A stretch of DNA of 64,000 bases from a virus. The notes beneath the pieces are model-generated. The model made no database searches. It was not told where the DNA came from and worked only from the letters and a program-made list of their open reading frames with translations. Numbering within the stretch: the stretch's first letter is position 1; each line of letters opens with the position of its first letter. Shown piece after piece: positions 56,201 to 64,000 of this stretch. The stretch lies in the IMG/VR virus record IMGVR_UViG_3300040856_003015, positions 10,893 through 74,892 of that record; one strand, written 5' to 3'. A program made the translations under genes and the position numbers.

Positions 56201-59200
56201 TGTGTGTTGAACCGATACCAACAGAACTTATTGGTAATATATTTGGTATTGGTTTTAGTGCATCTTCTGCAGATGCTGCCAACCTTATTTGAGATTTGTT
56301 AAGTTTTACTGCATATACTTCTGATGGCAATATATCAGTTACTCCTATTCCGGGTATATTTGTTGGATTTATTTTTATTGGGATATTTCCATTTTCATAA
56401 TAATACTTCAGTTTTTCTCCTGTTGAAAAATTATGATCGTATGAATATATTGAACTATTTGCTATACTTACTATTCTTGGATCGCTAGCATCAAATGTTC
56501 TTCTAAAAATTGGTTGGAAATTATTATAAAGTTCAAAACTCCTATTTAAAGTTACACTATATCCACCATAGAAGATATTTGATCCACTGATTGAAATATT
56601 TCCTAAATTGATTTCTTCTACGCTTGAATTAGTATTTGGTTCACCTAAAGATATTACAAATGATCTACATTCTAGATCATCTAATACAATTGGAGTAAAA
56701 ATTATAGATGTTATGTCACCAGAAACTTGTGCACTAAAGTAACCTAATCTTTCTTTAAATACTGATCCATATTCTGTAATATTAACATCATCATTTTTAG
56801 TATCCGTTAATACAACTAATTCAGATACTTGATGATTATTATTAGATTTATTTTCTATCGTAACTATTAAATAAGCAGAAAATTCCGTGGTATTTGTATA
56901 TTGCGCAATTACGGTATTTTCTGTAGTTGATATTGGAATATCAGTATAGTAAGAATTTAATTTTCCAGTATTAATTTGAGTAGATCCTGTAGAAACACTA
57001 TTATGATTTGAAAATATAATGCATGATGTATCAACATCAACATCAAATGGAATTGAAGAATCTGGAATGAAATTAATTTTTATATTATCATCAGAAGAAT
57101 CATAATAAGCAGAATATGTTCCCAATCCAATGGGATAATCATTTCCAGTTACTATTTTTCCATAATCTAATAAGTTTATTGTTATTGGGTCGGTAGGAGA
57201 TGAACTTATATAATCATTAACGACAAATGTTAATTCATTTATTTGTAAGAAATTATTATCTTCACTACTTATACCAACCAAAAGTTTTCCAGACCTTATA
57301 GTATTTTTTTCTATAGAAATAACATTAGAAGACTGAGTGCTTCCAATACCAATATTACTGTGGAATCCCTGCATATTAACAATAGATCCCAAAGACAAAG
57401 TGCTTATTCCACTAATTGTATTAATGTCAAATGAAACTACTGTTGTACTAAAGTCTATCGGAGAATAATTAATATTATCTTTTGGTTCAAATTTTAGAGT
57501 TGCATTGTTATAATTTATATCTAAAGAATAATTTCCTATAATATCCTCGTATGTCGATAAAGTTGCATATTCATTTACAAAAGAATTAGTTTTATCATGT
57601 GCAGCAGATAATAAAGAAATTTGCTTTATATCCTCATCAGAATTTAATTGTGTAAAAACTATATACTTTTTGTATTTCTTATCATTAACATTAAATTCAT
57701 CTAAGAATGATACCTGAACATTACTGCCAACTACTTGAGATGAATCATCTGGTATTTGTATTTCAATAACTCTATTGCCTATAGACTCAAAATGATCTCT
57801 CAAAATTCTAGAATTAAAAACTATTTCATTAGAAACATACTGACCCGATAAGTCATATGAAATCTCTTTAGATAGGTCAAAATCTGGATAGCACTCCAAG
57901 TCAATAGTACTAGTTAATTCTGATATTCCTTCAAAATAACCTTTATTTTGATCTGTACATATACCAGAAACCAAATTACAATCTGCTTTGACAATAGTAG
58001 GTTCAGATTCAATATTTAATTCGGAAAAATCTTTAAATCCTGCAGGATGTATTAATGAGTTTACTGGATCATTCCAAGTATCATATGAAATTTTTGAATT
58101 TATAGCGTATGAAAAGTATTGATAGTAAAAGTTATCATGCAATCTTTGTAATCCATTATTCAAAAATCCCTTTTCATCTATCCAATTATTATTAACAATT
58201 GAATAAGAATCTAATATAAATTCTGATTTCTGTATATTATTATTAATAACATTTGATATATTACCAGAAGAATTTCCGTAAATTTTTATATTATTAGATA
58301 TTACATTATTTGAAACTACTTTTAAGGTTCTATTAACTTTATTCCAACTTATGACTTTTGCCAAATAAATTGAATTATCATCAAATATTTTTTCACCAGT
58401 TTTAAAGTCTGGGTAGTTTATTTCTACAATAAACTTTGGAAAATCTTTGTAGTTTACAACCTTTCCAAATGATAACTGTGGTAGAAATTCTCCAACAATA
58501 TCAAATTCATCTAAGTATGAACTTAAACTATATGAAATAGTTGGTAAAAATCCACCTATATTTGGATCAATTTCAGTTATAGTAAATAGATTGTATTGAT
58601 AATCTGAACTATTAAAACTATTATTACCATCATTAATAATATTTTCAACGTAAATTTGATCATTTACTTGAAATGGAAAATCTAAAATATCACTGTAAGA
58701 TTTGCTTAATTGTAATTTAACTGTTTGTGTTTTATTATCGTAGGTTGCTGAAGAGATTCCCACACCATTTTCATTATTTACAGGAATTAATATTGGTCTA
58801 GATCCTTTTAGTGATTGTGTATTTGAAACTATATCGACAACTTTTTTTATAGGATCGTATTTTAGTTTTATTGTGGGATTTAAAGTATTATCATAATTAT
58901 CAATTACAATTAGATCATGTGGTATCGTATATCCAGATCCTATATTTTCAACTTTTACAGACCCTATTTCATACAATGGTCGTATGTCTAGTGTTTGTGG
59001 GAAAATGCAAGTTGGTCTAAATGTAATATCTGAAGGATATTCAAAACCATAATTTATTATTTTTATATTATTAATTTTTCCAATGTTATTTGTTAATGGC
59101 AACAAAAAGGCACCATAACCAGTAGTTGTTCTTATAGAACTAATTATTGGAATTTTATAATAGTACTTTTTAAATGAATTTAGTAAGAACCCTGATATAC

Positions 59201-62200
59201 TTCCTTTGGATGTTCTAGAGTTTGTTGTATAACTTATTTTAGAGTTAATTTTTAAATATTGATTTTCTTCTGGTATTATTGTTAATGGCAAACTAAATGT
59301 TTTATCAGTTACATTAGAAACTAAGTAGTTTCCATTGTAAAGACTATTTTTTAATACTATTGTACTTCCATCTGATATGTTATCGTAATCTATAATATAT
59401 TCTTTTTTTGAGACGGACAATAAATCATTATTTACGGTAGATAAACTATAAAATAAATTTTTAGGTGTATTTTCATTTATGGACAATTCTACCCTAGCAT
59501 CAGAAGTAATTCCAACTTCTCCATACTTTTTAACTGAAAATTGATTTGAATCTTTAGAAGATAAAAACTCTATATTATTCTCTAAATCTGAGAATAATTT
59601 AAATTCAAATGCACTTATGATTGTTCCAAAATAATTGCTTGAAAGTGAAGTATCTGATAAATCAAATACTACTTTAGAATTCTTATAAATTTCTAATTTT
59701 GGATTTATTTTTCCAATATAACCACTAAATGTGGAAATGAAATCTATTGGAGTTTTAGTAGTTGAAATAGATTCATTATACTTTTCAGATAAAGATATCT
59801 TATCTTTATCTACAGAAATTACATAATATATTGAATCAGAACTTGTTCCTTTTATTGGAACATTAGTTTTACAAATAACTTTATCGCCAGTAATAAAATT
59901 ATGATCTGTTATGTTAATTGTATTGGTTGTTATATTCACATCTCCAGTATTAAATGTTACTGGATTTAAAATTAATCTTCTGTTTGAATCATTATATACA
60001 ACTTTATTGGTTGTGCTACCAGTAGAAATTACATTGAGATTTATTTTATCCCCAACACTTAATTCATGATTTTCTTCTGTAGTTACTTTTAATTCACTTT
60101 TTGATAATGATATAGTTAATATATCATCAAATGATGTTGTAAATTTGTGATTATTTCCTGTCCCAACAGTAGAAAAATAAACAGTATCTGCAATAGATGA
60201 GGGATTTTCAAGTGCTATATAAGTTCCTCCGGAACCCACAGAGAGTTTTACTGTAGATAAACCAATAAAATTATCAGTCAATTTTACTGCATATAATATA
60301 TCATTATCATTAAGATCAAAAGAATTAGTTCCATCTATAGAAATAGAAATTGGATCACCACTACCATTAGGACTATAAATTAGTTTATCCCCAGTTTCAA
60401 GAGTATGATTTTTTAAGTATATTGTTTTTGTGGGAACAAATATTTGTGTAGTTCCAACAGAAACATTTGGTAAATTTAATGTATTTCCAATACCAACTCC
60501 AGAAACTAATCCAGTAGAGACACTTTCTTCGGGATTAAAATATATGTTATAGTTTAACCTGGTTGGTGTAGTATAATCTATACCGAAATCAACGGTAAAT
60601 TTTCTTGGAATTTCCTCTATTACGGAAGAAATTGTGTGAGAAACTCCAACAGTTCCATCATATGATCTTTGTATTTTTAGTATAGATTTATTCCTATCAA
60701 TATCTAATACTTTAATCTTTTCTATACCTATTTTTAAAATATCATCTACTGATAAATTGGGGAAAGATAAATCTCCAGCAACTTTAATATATGCAATATC
60801 ACCAGTAACAAGTGATGTTTGTAAATTAGATTGGAGAATGAGTATGGAAGATTTTGTATTAACTGGAAAAATTGTTTTATTCCCTATAGAATTTTTTAAC
60901 TCTTCCGATAGTCCAACAAAATTGAAATTTTTGTTGTATCCTAATTCTATAGGAACAGATGAAAATCCTACAAAACTCTTTCTAGTTAAAGGATATAACT
61001 GTATATTATCAAAAGTTGTATTAATATACAGTATATTATTTACTTCTTTACCAGTTATTGAATTTATTTCAATACTTTCTACTGGATCTTTATCATTTTC
61101 TATTGATATTAATATTTTATCTCCACACTTATAGTTTTCTCCAGCATCTAGAATATTAAAATCAATAATCTCACCAAAATCTGATGAATTTACAATTCCC
61201 AACTGCTCATTCACAGATTTTCGTGGATCTTTAATATAGTCATAGAAAGTATTATTCTTGAAAAATCCATAATTTTTTGTATTTTTTATTAAATTATTCG
61301 ATATTGGATCAAAAACTGATTGATCGGATTCATAATCAAAATTAAATTGGTCCGGAGTATTTTTATAACTTTCTCCTATGATGTAAGGGAATACTGGTTT
61401 TTTAAATTTATTAAATTGTGATTGGGAGTTGCTTTCTGGTGTTTCATTAATTGTCATGAAATATGCATATACTCCATTAGGATATTCTGGAGTAACACAA
61501 AATCTTCCATTATGTTGATCTAAATCACCATCTCCATTATAATAATAATCACTAATAAAAAATCCACCAGGAAATCCTGAAGGTCTATTATTTTCATAGA
61601 CACTTACTTGCTTATATCCAGACTTTAACGATTTTATGCCACCAGTTCCATCAGGATTTTTAAATCCATAAGGTCCATATATTGGATTACCATCGTATGC
61701 ATAACCTAGTATTGGAGAGTGTCTATCCGAATCTATTTCAATTCCATCAGAATTTAGTGATAAATCTTCCTTATAATTTAATTTTCCTGCAATGAATTTT
61801 TTAGCGAAAGATATTTTTCTTAATTCTCTTGGGGAATATAGGTAATTGTATTGAAGTCCATATCTACCGCTTTTTATATAACCATCATCACTTACAATCA
61901 AACCTTGATATATTAGTCTTTCAACTTCATTTATTCTCCATTCTTGCACTTTTGCTTTAAATGAAGATCCACTTCCATTTGGTTTTACAACTATATAAGT
62001 TTTATTTTTACTGTAACCAATGCCAGTATTGTTGACTACAACAGAATCTATTCTTCCATTTTTTACTTTAGGAGTAAGAATACAACCAACTCCGTCTCCA
62101 ATAACAATTAAATCTGGTGGAGAATAATAATTTTGTCCAGAATTTTTTATCAATACATTTTGAATTTTTCCATCCAGTATAAGTGGTTCTAAATCTGCAT

Positions 62201-64000
62201 CAGAACCTGCAATTACCTCGATGGATGGTTGTCTGTTGTAATTAATTATGTCATTTACTCCGTATAGATTTCCTCCATTAGAGATAAAGATGTTTTTGAT
62301 TTCACCCCTAAAAATAGGTTGGAGTTCTGGTTTTCTCGTTGTTGAAGAAATTCCGGTTATTTCAATTTCTATTGGCTCATAATCAAATCGGTGATTTCCA
62401 GAACCTTTTGAGGTTATTTCGATATATTCTTTTAAATTGTAATAATATTCTTTACCTAAAGTAGTATTTCCAATACTAACTAATCTAAAGTTATCATCAT
62501 CCAAAACTTTGACATAATATTTTTCACCACTAGTCAATCCTCCTATAGAAGATCCTCCAGGCGTAAAAATAACTATTTCTTTGTCCTTATAATTGTGATT
62601 TTTAGCATAAAAACTATTATTTGCAACGTTAACATTTTCAAAGTTAACTAATATTCTTTTTGATTTATATCCACTTCCTTTATTTGTTATTGTTATAGAT
62701 CCTATAGTATTTTTATTAGAAAAAGATTTTATTCTATGGAGACCCTGACCATAAGATGTTATTCCAACAACATTAGTTTTTAACAAACTATCGGAATAAG
62801 TATTATGTAATTTTATTGAATAATAATCTATTACGGATACATAATAAATTTTGTCTGTTGTTAGTCCTACTATTGCTGGTTGTGTTTGAGTATCATATAT
62901 TACTTTTTCACCATCTAAAAATCTATGATATGTTGAAAATGCAATTATATTATCCTGAAGTTTAACATTTATGTTACTTGAAGAATTAAATGTCAATATA
63001 TTTTCTACTACCGAAAGATTGATAACGGCAGAAGCACCACTTCCATTACCACCTGTAATTTTTACTTCAGGTTTTACATAAAAATCAAAACCTGAATCTA
63101 TTATATTAATCTTTTCTAGTCTTCCCTCCACCTCACAAAAACCAGTTGCACCAGTGCCTACTACATCTCGTATTAGTAATTGTGGTGGATTAATTACATC
63201 GTATCCTTCTCCACCAGACAAAACTTCTATTTTATCTATTGATCCATAAAAAATAGAATCCTGGGATTTATAATGCGAAACCTCAACACCGTCATTTAAA
63301 ATTCCAATATTATTTCCTACAGGAATTTCGTAAGAGGGACTATCAATTTGATCAGTTATTCTTCTTATTAATTTTTGGGTAGATAATGTAGAATTGGCAA
63401 ATTTTTTAAGAACTAATTTATTATCAAATATTTGACCTGTTACTGTAGTAATTCCAGTTACAGAATCTCCAGTTTCGTAAGATGATTCTGAAGAATTTAT
63501 TTTTACATATTTTTGAGCATACAAGTTTGCTCTACTATTAGAGAGTTGTATTCCATTAGAATCTAATACCTTTACATAATAGAATCCTGGGGGAAAACTT
63601 AAAACATTATTTTCACCTTCACCCTTTATATACTGAACATAATCTCCAGTTAAAAATCCGTGATTTGATATAGTAATTATATCACTAAAAAATGTTCCTG
63701 ATAATGTGAATTCAATATTTTTTACATTTGTTGGGTAAATTGGTAGTGATGTTGATGAGATATACAAATTATTTTCATCATCATAAAAAGTATCTTGTAT
63801 TGCCGTAATATTAGATGAAGAACCTGGATAGTTTATAGCATTTAGTCTTTTAATATTTGTTTTTATATAAAGAAATTCTTTATTGTTTATAGGAGAAATT
63901 AATGAAGAATTTAATTGAGTTAAAAACGTAGTTTTGCTTTCAATTTTAGTTACATTTAATTTATATTCTCTATTATTCGTAAACAATAGTGTTATACTAT
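53250..64000 (-). CDS. gp7: Very large baseplate wedge initiator (gp7-like), 5' end outside the window; contains a YHYH-like domain
   Basis: Frame open to 64000; YYQYFSYAINS...HPAG gp7 motif, HSPILGYAYDGNPIYGPYG, GxGY repeats; upstream of gp8. Confidence 0.8.
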   Translation of the reverse strand, partial: SITLLFTNNREYKLNVTKIESKTTFLTQLNSSLISPINNKEFLYIKTNIKRLNAINYPGSSSNITAIQDTFYDDENNLYISSTSLPIYPTNVKNIEFTLSGTFFSDIITISNHGFLTGDYVQYIKGEGENNVLSFPPGFYYVKVLDSNGIQLSNSRANLYAQKYVKINSSESSYETGDSVTGITTVTGQIFDNKLVLKKFANSTLSTQKLIRRITDQIDSPSYEIPVGNNIGILNDGVEVSHYKSQDSIFYGSIDKIEVLSGGEGYDVINPPQLLIRDVVGTGATGFCEVEGRLEKINIIDSGFDFYVKPEVKITGGNGSGASAVINLSVVENILTFNSSSNINVKLQDNIIAFSTYHRFLDGEKVIYDTQTQPAIVGLTTDKIYYVSVIDYYSIKLHNTYSDSLLKTNVVGITSYGQGLHRIKSFSNKNTIGSITITNKGSGYKSKRILVNFENVNVANNSFYAKNHNYKDKEIVIFTPGGSSIGGLTSGEKYYVKVLDDDNFRLVSIGNTTLGKEYYYNLKEYIEITSKGSGNHRFDYEPIEIEITGISSTTRKPELQPIFRGEIKNIFISNGGNLYGVNDIINYNRQPSIEVIAGSDADLEPLILDGKIQNVLIKNSGQNYYSPPDLIVIGDGVGCILTPKVKNGRIDSVVVNNTGIGYSKNKTYIVVKPNGSGSSFKAKVQEWRINEVERLIYQGLIVSDDGYIKSGRYGLQYNYLYSPRELRKISFAKKFIAGKLNYKEDLSLNSDGIEIDSDRHSPILGYAYDGNPIYGPYGFKNPDGTGGIKSLKSGYKQVSVYENNRPSGFPGGFFISDYYYNGDGDLDQHNGRFCVTPEYPNGVYAYFMTINETPESNSQSQFNKFKKPVFPYIIGESYKNTPDQFNFDYESDQSVFDPISNNLIKNTKNYGFFKNNTFYDYIKDPRKSVNEQLGIVNSSDFGEIIDFNILDAGENYKCGDKILISIENDKDPVESIEINSITGKEVNNILYINTTFDNIQLYPLTRKSFVGFSSVPIELGYNKNFNFVGLSEELKNSIGNKTIFPVNTKSSILILQSNLQTSLVTGDIAYIKVAGDLSFPNLSVDDILKIGIEKIKVLDIDRNKSILKIQRSYDGTVGVSHTISSVIEEIPRKFTVDFGIDYTTPTRLNYNIYFNPEESVSTGLVSGVGIGNTLNLPNVSVGTTQIFVPTKTIYLKNHTLETGDKLIYSPNGSGDPISISIDGTNSFDLNDNDILYAVKLTDNFIGLSTVKLSVGSGGTYIALENPSSIADTVYFSTVGTGNNHKFTTSFDDILTISLSKSELKVTTEENHELSVGDKINLNVISTGSTTNKVVYNDSNRRLILNPVTFNTGDVNITTNTINITDHNFITGDKVICKTNVPIKGTSSDSIYYVISVDKDKISLSEKYNESISTTKTPIDFISTFSGYIGKINPKLEIYKNSKVVFDLSDTSLSSNYFGTIISAFEFKLFSDLENNIEFLSSKDSNQFSVKKYGEVGITSDARVELSINENTPKNLFYSLSTVNNDLLSVSKKEYIIDYDNISDGSTIVLKNSLYNGNYLVSNVTDKTFSLPLTIIPEENQYLKINSKISYTTNSRTSKGSISGFLLNSFKKYYYKIPIISSIRTTTGYGAFLLPLTNNIGKINNIKIINYGFEYPSDITFRPTCIFPQTLDIRPLYEIGSVKVENIGSGYTIPHDLIVIDNYDNTLNPTIKLKYDPIKKVVDIVSNTQSLKGSRPILIPVNNENGVGISSATYDNKTQTVKLQLSKSYSDILDFPFQVNDQIYVENIINDGNNSFNSSDYQYNLFTITEIDPNIGGFLPTISYSLSSYLDEFDIVGEFLPQLSFGKVVNYKDFPKFIVEINYPDFKTGEKIFDDNSIYLAKVISWNKVNRTLKVVSNNVISNNIKIYGNSSGNISNVINNNIQKSEFILDSYSIVNNNWIDEKGFLNNGLQRLHDNFYYQYFSYAINSKISYDTWNDPVNSLIHPAGFKDFSELNIESEPTIVKADCNLVSGICTDQNKGYFEGISELTSTIDLECYPDFDLSKEISYDLSGQYVSNEIVFNSRILRDHFESIGNRVIEIQIPDDSSQVVGSNVQVSFLDEFNVNDKKYKKYIVFTQLNSDEDIKQISLLSAAHDKTNSFVNEYATLSTYEDIIGNYSLDINYNNATLKFEPKDNINYSPIDFSTTVVSFDINTISGISTLSLGSIVNMQGFHSNIGIGSTQSSNVISIEKNTIRSGKLLVGISSEDNNFLQINELTFVVNDYISSSPTDPITINLLDYGKIVTGNDYPIGLGTYSAYYDSSDDNIKINFIPDSSIPFDVDVDTSCIIFSNHNSVSTGSTQINTGKLNSYYTDIPISTTENTVIAQYTNTTEFSAYLIVTIENKSNNNHQVSELVVLTDTKNDDVNITEYGSVFKERLGYFSAQVSGDITSIIFTPIVLDDLECRSFVISLGEPNTNSSVEEINLGNISISGSNIFYGGYSVTLNRSFELYNNFQPIFRRTFDASDPRIVSIANSSIYSYDHNFSTGEKLKYYYENGNIPIKINPTNIPGIGVTDILPSEVYAVKLNKSQIRLAASAEDALKPIPNILPISSVGIGSTHTLLATKQNEKCLITIDNVIQSPLSKTKYFTYCDGDVNDTQTLIKFTGIGSIFTGDLVKIDDEFLLIDDVGIGTDLYLCRVRRNWMNTGIQTHSSNSEVRKYSGNYNIHRNILTFVGDIIKDVPVETNDPDEVDFSEIQTSSSFYGRVFLRSGIIGSSSTTYANNYVFDDISSEFKNIQTDYLLKSDEKNISDINEFNGGIILIKDVYQLPRRLGTPDIEGSYYFGESGIGTIYFTGSKNSQTYDINSFSLPVGGVIQSVKSFEGSGYRPLVCAGGTAIINLPGVLQGVSVESYGSGYRENIQPLVNVKIISSSSTEKYKTITVGFANIVDGKIDSVTINNPVSNLDPNNPPKVLIDDPLPYSNIPLIYSSSSPNIGVGTEATVDLIVSQDGSIQSFNIKNYGYSYDNLEILTIPIDDGYGIPTDQSNFNEFTIEIEKVYNDKFSGWTMGEFTPLDNIENLFNSQRKTFPLSIDSEIYPITTKMGSSIDLKMTLLVFINNILQRPDIGYTFEGGSFITFSEPPKKGDRCEIVFYKGTPGVDVVFKDITESIEIGDNVRLESSDIFYNQDFRNVKDIKSIDSIITNPYSGPGISSDFNIERPIIWCKQRDDIVSSDGYITKDRAIYEPNIHPSTKIISGVGVGSTHIFVDSLLPFFYNKKENISNEKSRSIQIVSNVQPTQASATAVLNASGILTSFIITNQGYAYSSPPELFVDIPVGIAASFRPVLKSNINILGKLTSIDIISSPIEFSSIPSVTIQPPQSLVETIDDVFYQGDYGTIVGISTTSVSEANKGIIFQLQISSDSLLKDDLYSYDVVNTSQLKKNYYFKVFNSNIGSGVTSLDKNGNTVSVGSSYLDNVYKVIDTFNIDNIINSDTTVIDISEFDSPTQVADSISLTIDDGAELTINEFNNLEVLVSVSDYNGLISDISTLSSTYIGDYSWGRIIATKRTSPKNFDVGFDNNFSNLNNNPTLWRKNSLAYKFYNK

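Noticed and set aside
44130-63986. Short plus-strand ORFs inside the VrlC-like and gp7-like genes
   Set aside because: Antisense shadows without motifs or initiation signals.
1-64000. tRNA, rRNA, CRISPR arrays, IS elements
   Set aside because: None recognised; intergenic gaps are short, with no cloverleaf, spaced repeats or transposase seen by eye.

Overview
A 64-kb AT-rich segment of a T4-like myovirus with cyanophage-type (Kyanoviridae-like) gene order, almost all on the minus strand. In transcription order: baseplate gp7 (partial), gp8, VrlC-like, neck/tail gp13-15, gp16, a glycan-modification cluster, a modular head-protein gene, gp17-gp23, gp3, uvsY, uvsW, gp55, gp47/46, a VWA + MoxR/CobS pair, gp45/44, a 3-gene insert with a DruA/DUF4338-like gene, gp62, regA, hsp20, gp43 and uvsX. 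The most unusual features: (1) uvsX is fractured by a split intein with an antisense HNH gene between the halves, and a second, cis mini-intein lies only 11 residues further on, so two splicing events are needed. (2) gp43 is split by an HNH gene with no intein or intron; both new ends carry amphipathic coiled-coil-like tails. (3) A -1 frameshift signal (A_AAA_AAG plus 10-bp hairpin, 35521-35564) would fuse a modular, probably protease-processed head polyprotein to a hidden EF-hand-like segment and the next ORF. (4) Regulatory structure: hairpins over T4 late promoters before two HNH genes and uvsW, a ROSE-like element before hsp20, two compound early promoters with identical spacing, and a perfect orphan antisense sigma70 promoter near uvsW. 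All family calls come from motif recognition by eye; no searches were run.
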